Shown here: positions 1-11,200 of the stretch, in pieces | How positions within the stretch are numbered: the stretch's first letter is position 1 | Layout: every line of letters begins with the position of its first letter | From: Lama guanicoe | Lineage: Eukaryota | NCBI GenBank assembly: GCA_013239625.1 | Contig: MU055744.1 | Location: 1,084,355-1,148,354 of the forward strand | DNA: 64,000 nt | Direction: 5' to 3' | Made by a program: the position numbers and the translations under genes | The notes under the pieces: generated by a model | What the model was told of the DNA's origin: nothing | The model's database searches: none | What the model saw: only the letters and a program-made list of their open reading frames with translations

Positions 1-3000
1 GACAGGGAGGCAGGGACGCTGTCAATGGGGCTTACGCCAAGGGGCAGAGGTGTGGCCATAGCAGGGAGAGCGGGGACAGGAAGGCAGCCCAGGTGGGGTC
101 CCCGGGTTCCCCTGGACATCCTCCGGAGGACGAGCGGGAGACGTGGAAGCTTGTGCAGGACCTGAGTGACGTGGTGGGATCTGTGTTCTAGAAAGATCCC
201 GCCGGCTGACAGCCAAGAGCGGACGCATCCTCCAGGCGGAGCTGGAGAGGACCAGGGGTCAGGGCTCCAGAGACGAGGAGGATCCTTGCTCCGTGATGCT
301 CATTTCCAGGGTCACCAGGGTGGCCAGGCCAGAGGGGAGAGAGCCCGTCTCCTGGAACTGGGGGCAGTCCCCCCGTGCGGGCGCTGGCCCCGCTGTGAGA
401 AGCACGTGGGGAGGGGAGAGGCTCAGGAGGAGCTCTGCTTTTCTGATTTTCTTAGGCCCCAGAAGAGTCCGTCTGCCTGGTCTGAAGCTGGGCGTCCCTG
501 CCTTGGAAATGCATCTGAGGGACAGTGCCCAGCTGGCTCCAGAGCCAGGGTCCCACACCACCTGGTTAGGGGAGGGGACACTGAGCAGCGCCGGGAGGGA
601 GCCCTGTGCGCGGGTGGCCTGGCCGGGACACAGCACTGCCCCATTGGAGGCCTGCTGCGGCCAGGGAGGAGGAGGCCTGTTACAGCAGCCTCTGCTCGTC
701 CCAGGCTGGCCCTGGGGCCCAAGACACAGGCACAGGGCAGACGGCGGTGGCGGGGTGGCCTGCCCGGCGGGGGCTGCTGTGCCTCTCCGTGCCCTGCGTC
801 TCCTGGGAGGAGCCCCTCCATCTCCCCAGCAGGGGTGCTGCTAGGTCCTCAACTGTGCCCCACTGTACGGTCTGCCCCAGCCTGGAGGCCGCTGGGCAAG
901 CCACTGTCCCCTCCAGGGAGGAAACGGAGATGCGGGGAGGCAGCCACTTGGTGGCCCACACAGGCCTGTCTGCCCCGAGGCGCCTGGCTGTCCCGGTTCC
1001 CACAGCCCCCACCAGTGCCTACCCCTAGGAGTGGCCGGAGGGTTCAGGTCCCAGCCCCCAAGGGACGTGGCTGCTGTTGTTCCCACAGCCCCTGGCACAG
1101 ATGTCCAGCCTTCAAGTGCCGACACTGCTCAGGACCCCTGGAGCTGGGGAGGGCGGCCCCCCGGCTCCCAGGACAGGCCGGAGCCACGCCAGGACTCCGG
1201 GAGGTGGGACGCCTGGACTGCTGGGCCCCACCTCGGAGAGGCTGCCTCCAGGCTGCAGCCCGGAATGTGGCTGGGTCAGAGCAGACCTTTCGCCTCTGTC
1301 CCAGAGTCGTTGGCACCCACGGACCATGTCCGGCTGTAGCTGGGGAACTGGGGGCTCCACTCAGTCCAGACCCCGCCCCAGACCTTCAGGCAAAAGGAGG
1401 GGGCTGAGAGCATCCGGGGACCGTCCCACGCCTGCCAGGCACGCACGGGTGTTTCCCTTCCAAATGTGAAGACACAGAGCAATTTTTTAGAGAGAAAATG
1501 CACTTGAGGTAAGAAGAGTCAAGCTGTCATGGGGGGAGGCAGACGGGCAAAGGGGACGTCTAGAACCACCAAGCCAATGGGGGTGGAGAGCCTGCCCTGC
1601 CAGGGGGAGGAGAAGAAGGCATCTGGTCTGGCCTTGCGTCCCCGGCGTCACCGTGCGGGCTCAGGAGACAAGGACACGCCACACCAGGCTGGCTCTCCCC
1701 TTGTGTAAACAGCCCTGGGAGAACCGCATGGGGCGTGAGGTCCACGGAAAGGAGGGGGTGGTGGTGGGCGAGGGTCGAGGGAGGCCGTTTGGGCAGGTGT
1801 GCCCCGTGTCCCCAGGCATGACTTAGAGCGAGCCAGAGGTGTGGGACCCAGGGGCCTGGGCGGGGCAGGAGTTGTCCGAGGCCTCAGTCAGTTAGCGTCC
1901 AGGCCGGGCCCGAAGCCAGCCTGCCCACTGACATCCTGCAGGTGGACCCGCAGCCCTTACAGTAGCCCCCCGGGGGCCAGAGCCACAATGACCGCTGTCA
2001 CCTCCAGGTTCATCCAGGGCCCCTCACTCCCGGGTGGCGCCGCAGTCTGCCCAGGCTCTCCAGACCAGGGGTCCAAGAGTCTTCTGCCTCGAAACGTCCA
2101 ATCCCCAACCCTCCAGGCGGCCCTCGCTCCCTGGGCAGGGCTTCGGCTCCCAGGCTCCTCCCTGCTGACACGTAAATACCCACGAGCTGACCCCGCAGCA
2201 GGCTCCTCTCACAGCTTTCACGCAGAGCCTCAGACGAAGGGTGGTCTGCACCTTCCTCAGTGCCTGTCCCTCCAGGCCTGGGCGTGAGGACCCTCCAGTA
2301 AACGAGGCCACAGAAGGCTTCTCTCTTGAACAGGAAGACCTCTTTTCAGTCACGTTTCCCTTTTCGCCCTGGCTGCCAGTAAGCTCAGCACTGCCCTCAG
2401 GGCCGGCCACATGGTCGCTCTGCTGGCTTCCCAACTCCATCCCTGGGGCTGGCTTTGCTTTCCCATCTCTTGTCTGTCTTCCTTGACATGCGTGTGTCCC
2501 TGGCAAACCTCCTCAGGCCTTGGAGGAGTAAGATGGCCTCACTTCATTTGCTTGAAGTTGCATGCAGTGGAGCTGTATCCAGCAACAAAGCTGAAGTCCA
2601 AATGGGCCAGGAGGTCAGGAGGCAGTGGGTCCTGGGGAGGCAGGTCCAGGAGAAAGGAGGGATGAGGGGAAAGGTCTGTGGGTCGCCCAGTGGTCTTCCG
2701 ATGAGGGGTGCTGTCTGCCACAGGGTGGTCGTTGTAAAGGCTGGAACCTGGCGGGGCTGGAGGCGGCGGCACCGGGTAGGGGCAGGGGGCCTGGTCCCCG
2801 GGGCCCCATCTCCCACCGGGTGGCTCTGCTTTTCTTTCGGACTCAGCCCTCCAGCACGCAGCTTGAAGCAGCCTGTCTGTGGGCTCCAGCACCTTGGACG
2901 AGCCGTCTGCGGGGCGGGTCCTGGGGGCGGGAGGTGCCCGGCCCCGGCCCTGCCCTTGGGGGCTCATGGCTGCGGGGGAGGCAGCCGGCACTGGCCTCTA

Positions 3001-3660
3001 GGCGGGAGCAGAGGATAAAGCCCCGCCGTGCTCGCCACTCCAGTCCTGCCTCAGGGAGCGGCTGAGCGGGGGTGCCCAGGGGTCCCTCACCAAATCCCGG
3101 TTACAAGGTCGTCATGATAGACTGGGGCCCTCTGTCAGCACAACAGTCACGGGTCTGCGGAGACAGAGCGGGTGCTTTCAAGGCCCCCCTGTGCTGGTTC
3201 CTCGTCTCGACGTTTTAATGCTCTGTGTCCCCAGGGACCCAATGTCAGAAGCCAGCAGCCCCGGGGGTGCGAGCGCCGGTCAGCAGTCCCAGGTCCGAGC
3301 CGGCGCCGTCCCGCACGGCGGGGAAGCCCAGCTGGCCCTTTAAGGAGGGGGGCCGCCGCTGGCACCCGCGCGGCTGGCCCAGCGCAGAGCCGGGCACGTT
3401 CCTGATCCTGCTGGAAGGCTGAGCTGGAAAGGAGACAGCGTGTTCTCGCACAGCTCAGTAAACAAGCCTGAAGTGTTTTGAAAGCCTCTGCCGATGTAAA
3501 GGACTGTGAAATAAATGCAAGAATTGCAAAAGAAGGGCCAGCTGCTGGGGAGGGGAGCGTGGGCGGGAGGAGGGCATCCAGGCTGCCCCCCCACCGGCTC
3601 CGGGTGCGTCTGTATGGTGATGGGTCACTGTGTGTGCCTGGGCTCCGGGCCACAGCCTGG

Positions 3661-3704
3661 GTGTGCAGATGTGGGGGCCGCGTGTGCAGATGTGGGGCCG
3701 CGTG
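3661..3704. repeat. 20-21 bp tandem duplication
   Basis: GTGTGCAGATGTGGGG(G)CCGC x2. Confidence 0.8.
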
Positions 3705-4229
3705 CTCGCCCGACCGGCGAGGGTGCGCCTGGATCCGCGCCTCTGGGTCTGAACTCAGAGGGCGTGACGCCTGTGAGTGTTTCGGTGCCCGTGGGGCTGC
3801 CCCCGTGCCTGTGCCTGCGGCTGGGGCTGGTGTGTCTGCACACGCAGAGCGCAGCAGCGCCCCTTCCCGCCCCAGCTCTTCCCCGGGAGCCCAGCCGGAG
3901 GGGACCCAGGGTAAAGCCTCCCCTGGAAGGGAGCCGGGAGCCCCGCCCCCCAGGGAGCTAATTAAGGGAGCCCTGGCGTCTGAAGCTGCGACGTGGGCAG
4001 GAGCCCGGTGCTGAGGTGAGCCTGGCGGGGAGCACGCCTTGGGGCCTGGACCTGCTCACACACTGCGATCGGCTCCTCCGGGAGTGTTTTACGCAGTAAT
4101 GATGGTGCTGAGGGCACGGGAGCTCCTGCGGGGCTCTCCCGAGCGCTGGGGGAGGGGGCCTCAGACACCAGACCTGACCTTCCCGGCAAAGACCAGGATG
4201 GAGCCCCGCTCAGCCACTCCCTGCTCTGT

Positions 4230-4310
4230 GGACTGGAGCTCAGTTTCCTCATCTGTAAAACGGGCAGAACAGCGCCTCCATCCCAGGACGGTTGTGCGAG
4301 TTGGACGAGA
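4230..4310 (+). mobile_element. MIR core
   Basis: CTCAGTTTCCTCATCTGTAAAACGGGCAGAACA...AGGACGGTTGTGCGAGTT. Confidence 0.7.
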
Positions 4311-7044
4311 GCCCTTGCAGGGGGACAAGGTGCCTACAGCAGAAACACACGCCCTGCCGCCCGCCCCACCCCTGCACCGAGGGCTGGAGGAGTGCGGCCA
4401 AGTCAGGCCTTGTTCTCCGAGCGCACTGGGACCGGCAGCCTCACCCTGGGGAGCAGGCAGGGTGTCGCTCTTCCTGGCATCCTCCCCCCCAGATCCCCCA
4501 CAGCCCAGCCCCCCCACAGCCCAGCCCCCCACCACGCCCCGTCACTCAGGAGCCAGGAGACGGGGCAGTCGGCTCGACTCAGGGCTGGGTGCTGGAGGGG
4601 CGCCCGCCCCAGGACAGGCACAAAGCAGAGCCAGGGAGGCAGGCGCCACGCTGCAGGAGAAACACGGCGGCCTTGGGACCATGGTGGGGCATCGGCCAGC
4701 CTGGGGAGCGGGGAGGCTGAGGCCTGAGAGGGCGGGGAGCCCAGGGAAAAGCAGGGCAGGCCAGGAGCAGGCACACAGTAGGTGCTCAGAGCCCGCTGAG
4801 TGAACAATTAAACCCTGTGAGGCTGGAGGAAACTGAATCCCAGAGAGGGCACGTCCCTCTAAGGTCACCAGGTCCTGTCTGCCTGGCCCCATGTGATGCC
4901 CCTCCCTGCCCGAGAGTGGGCTGGTGTCCCCAGGCCCGACGCCCGGGAGGGCCTGTCCCCACTGCTGCCCGCTCCCCGCCAAGTGCTGCAAACCCCTCCC
5001 GAGGCTCCGGGGTCAGAGCCAGAAGCCACTCTGTCCCCGGCATGGCTGGGGAGCCAGCCAGCTCGGGAACAGCCGAGTCCCTGAATACCTGCCCGAAGCC
5101 GCGGGGCGGCCTCGGGGGCAGAGCAGTGGCCTCCAGCCAGCGCCTGCAGCCAGGCTGTCCACCCCTCGGGCGCCCGCGGCTGGCGCGGGGACTCCCCGCC
5201 GGCTGAGTCTCTGGCACCTGTGAGCCAAACCACTCAGAAACCACAGGCCAAACGAACACACTTTCCAAAGTGCCCGGGAGAGAGGGAGACACCGCGGCTT
5301 CTGTGCCGCCGCCCCGCCCCGCCCCGGGGAACTGAGGCAGCAAAGGGCGTGGGCGCCGGGGCAGGGTGGGACTCCACGCCCTGAGCTCCCCAGCCCCCGC
5401 CGGCTGTAGGCGCAGAAGCCCCTCTCCTGTGTCCAGCACTGGTCCTGGCCCTGAGGGGTCTGCTAACGCCCGGCAGGCCCTCTCCCTTCTCAGGAAAGGG
5501 ACAAAGGCGGGAGGCATTGTCCCCGCCAGACTGGGACAGGGTGAAGCAGGGGGTGAGGACTGGTGACACGGCCACGCTGCCAAGACAGCCTCTCAGGGAC
5601 CGATCTCTTGGCCGCGACGTGGTGTCCTCCCACAGACTGCGCGCTTCCCCGGGGGCCTGGCTGGGTCTCCCCTCGGTGTCCTCAGTGTCCACAAGGCACC
5701 GACTCTCACAGCCCCGAAGGCCAGAGACACCGGGCCGGGTGCGCACGGCCTCGCTTCCCTACGACCGCACCAGGCATGGCTGTGAGAGATCCCTTGACGT
5801 GTCAGTGGATGGACAGAGGGACAGGGGCCTTGAGCCCAGGGTCTCCCCCTGTCCCCAGGGGCCGAATGGCTGGGTCATTAGGACTTGGCTATCAACCCTC
5901 AGCCCAGGAAGGGAGGGAGGGAGGCGGGAACAAGGCCCCCAAGCTCCCAGAGGCAGCGAGAGGACAGGTGGGTGAGGCAGGGAAGGGAGTGGGTGTTCCT
6001 GGGACAGGGCAGTGTCCATCCTGTCCTGGGGGTGGGAGAGGGGAACCCACAGAGGATGTGTGCAGGAGCCTGTGGAGCGGGGATGGGTAGGGAGCAGGGG
6101 GAGGGTGTAGAGAGGTGGGATGGGGGAGGGGCAGGGGGAGGTGCAGGGGGGAGGGTTCAGAGGGAGAGTACAGATGCGGCTCCTCAGTCCCCTTTCTGGC
6201 CTCCCGTCCCACATCTGTGAAAGGAGGAGGGGTCTGGCTGGAACTTCGTCCTGGTCCTTGGGGTCCAGGGCAGGGGACGTCTTAGTAAGAGGGACACCCC
6301 AGCTCTGTCGGTCACTCAGCCAGAGTGGAGAGGGTCCCAGGCTCTGTGCCAGCCTCGGGCTCTGGAGGAGCCCAGCCAGCACCACTCCTGCCTCAGAAGG
6401 CCCCCCAGTGACTGCACCCAGTAGTCACACCAAACCCGGAGCCCCTTCTCCTGCACCCAGCGCCCTCGCCTCCCTCTGGAGGGCCGGGGAAGGGGCGCCT
6501 GTCTGCGGGGACGCCCTCCCGCACTGAGGAGCCCTGTAGGCAGGGTGCCCGGGACCAGGACCCCCGCCCTCCCACACGCCTCGAACCCCCAGCAAAGCCC
6601 TTGTGGCACCGGGTACAGAGCGGCACCAGTACCAGCTGAGGGGAGCCTGCCGGGGCGGGGCACCCCCACGGAAGAGCCTGTGAAAACTAATGCCGCGGGG
6701 TGTGCGGATCCCTGAGGAAACTCCTGTCGTAAAAGACCCCAGGGGGGCTGCTGAGGGAAGAGAGGGAAACGGGCAGCTGGGTGTGGAGGAGGAGGACAGA
6801 GACACCCAGAACGGCCCCCTGGGGACCCAATGGCATCGCAGAGAAGGGGCGGCCAGAAGGGCACGGGGGTTGGGGGAGCAGCGCCCTGGCCACAGAAGCC
6901 CAGCGAGAGCTGACAGCCCCTGGCAGGGGTGGGGGGTGGCAGAAATAGCTTCCCTCCTTTCCGCTCCAGACACCAGGTAATGCTTCGAGGAGGGGCTGTG
7001 GTCGCCCGGAGGAAGAGGAGCAGGGGCAGTGGGCAGGGTCCGGA

Positions 7045-7180
7045 GACTGATGTCTCTGCGCCTTGGTGTCCCACTCTGTAAAATGGGCACGTGTGTGGTC
7101 CTGACCCACCAGGGGTGCTGTGAGGATGAACCTAGGCGTGTGCGTGCAGGGTGCCAGGCCCACCCAGTACCTGATGAGCC
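7045..7180 (+). mobile_element. MIR
   Basis: TCTCTGCGCCTTGGTGTCCCACTCTGTAAAATGGG...GGGTGCTGTGAGGATGAA. Confidence 0.65.
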
Positions 7181-7734
7181 TTAATTCTCTTCCAGCCGCT
7201 GGCATCGCTCCTGCAGTGGGAAGGCAGCAAGCACCCCCAGCCCAGAAAACCTGGGCCCTCCTTTCCCGCTGACTCCTGGTGCGCCCACCCTCCCCACCGG
7301 CAGGGGTTCAAAGGGGACGTGATCAGCGTTTGCCCAAGGGGGCTTTCCGGGCCCTGCCACATGGGGGCCCCAGGCGTGCACACTTGAGGGTCAACATGGG
7401 GGCTCTGGGGCCTGGGAGATGCGGACTGAGGGCTTGGCATCCTGCAGCAAAGATGGGGTTTGGCCTGAACCTGGGACCCCGAGACCCCCGTGCCCCAGAG
7501 CCCTTTCCCGGGGGCCCCGCTACCATCTCATAGGTCTGGTGCTCCTGGAGCAGCTTCCGGAAGCCCTGGGGCAGCCAAATGTCTTCCTCTTCCCCCTCCC
7601 CACAGAGCTTCATCTGAGGGGGCGGAGGTGGCAGTGGCAGGAGCTTTGGGGCGGCTCCACGTGGCAGAGCCATCGAGTCAAACTGCCACCTCGGCCAAAG
7701 GGCAGGGAGAGTCCAAAGCCCCCACCTCACTGCT

Positions 7735-8060
7735 GGCATTTCTCACTGGCTTCACCGGACATTTAAGAGCTCAGGGCCCCGTCTCCATCTCTCCGTCCAG
7801 CCCTCACATACTCCCTGCTGGCGTCAACTTCCCAAAACATGGGTGCCAGCCTACCATCCCGTCACTGCACAGTCCTCCTTGGCTCCCCGCTACCCCAGAA
7901 TGAAAGTTCTCGTCACACACAGGCTTCCTCTCCAGTGCCAGCCTCTCCTTCCCCACTCAGCTTCCCAAATTAAAGTCACACCTCCTCCTCCTGGATCTTC
8001 TTCCCAGGGACCCTCAGGATGTGCTGTTGCACCACGAGGCACCTCCCAGTCTGCCCCACT
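7735..8060 (+). mobile_element. L2 fragment
   Basis: Pyrimidine-rich; CAGTCCTCCTTGGCTCCCCGCTACCCCAGAATGAAAGT...CCTCAGGATGTGCTGTT. Confidence 0.5.
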
Positions 8061-10814
8061 CCCCTCATCACAATGGCCGGTGCCCGGTGCCCAGTGCCCC
8101 ACCCCTCCCAGCCCTGCATGCAAGCTGGTCTGAACAGCTGATTCATACTAGAGTGAAAATGGCTGAAAAGCCAGTAGCCGTGTGAATTTTCTCTGGAAAC
8201 AAAGCACTATTTATATGGAGCTCCTTGTAGTCACACTTTAGCCAAAGACCCCGGACTTCAAGGTGGGGGGCTCCTCCTGCCCCCCCTTCTCAAGGCCCAC
8301 AGTGTGACAGTGACTTGACCAGCCCCTCCTGGAGTTGATGGCAGGACTGGGTCAGGATTCCAGAGGCCCGGCCTGCAGCCCAGACCCCTCTATTTCCCAA
8401 CCCAGCCGAGAGTGGGAGGCTGGGAGCCCTCTGGCCCCCGGAAGCATCTCCCGGTCATGGGACTCACAGGAGACTCCTGGTGGGGAGTGGATCCGAGGCC
8501 CTATCTCCAGGCGGGGGGAGGCCATGGGCCTCCAAATTCCAGGCTAATTGGCGTCTGGGGAGCGCACTCCTCAACGGCAGGCTTGTTCTCCTGCCCTGGT
8601 CTGCGCACTGACGCTGCCCTGGGACACCCCCCCAAACCCAAACTGACCCAGGCCCGTCTGCCGGGGCCGCCCCAGGAAGCCTCTGACCCGCGCCCTCTCC
8701 CAGCTGGGAGGCACCACAGCGGCTGGGCTGCCGGCCTGGGAGGAGAGCCCCCCTGACCTCGGGGCCAGAGCATCGCAGGGAAGCCGGCCCGAGACAGAGG
8801 CAGAGATGGAGCAGCCCGTGAGCAGCGGCAGGGAGAGGCGCCCACGCCGCCGCCGCCGCGGACACGCAGACCACGCTCTGGGCAGAGCTCGCCGCAAGAA
8901 TTGCCCAACCAGACTGTTGCAATAGGTTAGGGTTCCGATCGGCCCTGCAGATGGCCGTCAAGGCCAGGCCTCCCGGCCACCCTGAGCGCCCAGGCTTTGG
9001 GGACCGTGGCTGCCGAGTAGGGAGGAAAGGTCACGTCCCTGGGCCCCCGAACACGTCGTCTGTGGGCAGGACGGGACGGGCAGGCATGGGGCTCACGGAT
9101 GGTCATCCTCACCCCAGGATGGTCCTGAGGAGTCTCTCGTTTGGCCCCGGGGAAGCAGGGAAGAACCAAGTTGGGAAGACCGAGGGGGTAAAGGGACACA
9201 GCCAGACCACAGCCCAGGGCCCCGCTTCAGCATCCATCTTCCTCCAACCAAGACTCACCCTGCCCACCTCCCCCTCTGTCCAGCAGCCGGGCAGCCCCCT
9301 GGGCCTCTCACCAGCCCAGCCCAGGGCCTCTCAGCTTGGGTGGCCAGCAGATCAGACACAGGTAGACGGCCCTGCAGGCAGACTGAGGGTCAGAGACTGC
9401 ACTGACCTGCGCCTCCCTGGGCCCCCATCCCCTCTTTGAGGTTAGAGTCCTGCCAGGATTCGGAAGCACCACCTGCGTAGTGACAGCTCCCTTCCCACAG
9501 TCTTCTGGCTGGGGTCAACCCCAGAGGAGGGCCTCTCCACTCCCAAGGGGCCCCCAGCGCTCCCTGGTGAGATGCCCACCGTCCAGACTCGACCTCCCGC
9601 CCCACAGTGGGGTCTTGCCCTTGGGGTCCCTGCCAGGTTCTTGGCGAGCATCCCTGTGACATGCTGGTCTCCGAGCCCCGCTTCCCAGCCACACCCACCT
9701 CCCAGCCACACCCACCTCTTGATCATGGAAGCCCAAGCAAGGAGAACCTTCTGGAAGGCTCAGCGGGGACGGGCCCAGCTGAGAGCTCTGTTGTCCAGCT
9801 ACACCCGCGCTCAAGGATGTGTCCAGGACCACTGGCTGGCCCGTTCCCAGCAGATCCGCATAATCCGCCCAAAGCAACATGGCTAGTTAAAAGTTTTATT
9901 GATTGAGCACAACTGAGTGTTGGTAGCAGAAGTCCTCCTGGTGTGGCCCACTTTTCCTAATGGGTGATCTCAGGCACTCGAGCTAGTGTGTTAAAGGGGC
10001 TTTAGGACAGTTTAATAGCTCATAAAATTTTATAGTCCCAGTTGAAATCAGAGTGATAACTCTGGTCTGCACAGCTAAATGTCTCTCATCTATTTTTTCC
10101 CCCGTTTATTGGAAAGTTAACATCTGCTCTGCTAAGGGCGGGAAGAAAAGGGAAGGAAAATAATGATCTGTTTTTCTGGGAGAGAGGTAGGCAACTTGGG
10201 CTCTCCTGGCAGCATCTCATTTTCCAAGCGCATAGTTTTCCTTTAAGTCGGAAAGACGATCGAGAAGCCGGCTGACCCACAGTTCACAGAACACCCCAGC
10301 AGGCATCGGTCCCCCCACAGCGACTGCTGAGAAGTTGAAGTCTATCCAGGCCACGGCCGCAGCCCGGGATCAGCACCAGCCTGGGGAGCCCATTAAGAGT
10401 CACTACTCGGTAATTTGTAAGACACCTACTGTGTGCATGGTCCAGGGGGGCCCACAGAGGCCAAGCACACAAGTTCACTGCCTGCGAGGAGCTTACCCTC
10501 GGAAGATAAAACTGTAACCGGGCTCTGCTCCCAGACAGCCCTTGCGAAGGCTTCTGGGAGGAGGCAGGGACAGGACAGATGCTCCAAGGAAGAGCAGGAT
10601 CAGAGGCTGGGCCCGACGACGGGAGAGCCCAAAGCCCTCGCTGCACCGCATGGTAGCGGGCCACCCGACCTCCGGGAGCCCATTTCCCCACCTTGCAAGT
10701 GCGAATCACGTTAGTACCTACCTCTCAGCGCCAGAGTGAGAACAAAAGGCAATACAGCATGCGGAATGCCGGCCCACTGGTGTTTCAGACGCAGCCTCAC
10801 AAGAAGGAGATCTG

Positions 10815-11200
10815 GGCAGACAGTTCGGTGGGTCCTCAAAAAGTACACGTGGAGCTACGCAGGCCCAGCAACTCCACTCCCCCATTTTACTCAAAAGAAG
10901 ACTCAGCGGCACTGACAGGCGTTCCCACGCGGATGAAACTCAGACCCATCACGGGAGGCCCCGCGTGGTACGACTCCTTTTACGTGAAACATCAGCATAA
11001 GCAAATCCTTAGAGACAGAGAGCAGATTGGTGGTAGCCAGGGGTTGGGGAGGGGGAATCCTTTTGGGGTGGTGACAGTGTTTCAGAACTAGCTAGAGGCG
11101 GTGGTTGCACAACATTGTGAATGTGCTAAATGCCACTGAATTGCCTGCTTTAAAATGGTTAGTATTTAGATATGTGAATTCCACCTCAATAAAAAAAATT
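10815..11200 (+). mobile_element. L1MB-type 3' end
   Basis: GGCCCAGCAACTCCACTCC...AGAGACAGAGAGCAGATTGGTGGTAGCCAGGGG...GGTGGTTGCACAACATTGTGAATGTGCTAAATGCCACTGAATTG...TTTAAAATGGTTA...CCTCAATAAAAAAAA. Confidence 0.85.

Noticed and set aside
166-1407. 413-aa ORF, and other long ORFs such as 11693-12847 (384 aa), 16769-17665 and 29803-30852
   Set aside because: They are Pro/Gly/Arg/Ala-rich and low-complexity, have no recognisable domain, often start at non-ATG codons and overlap in all frames. This is expected by chance in GC-rich DNA.
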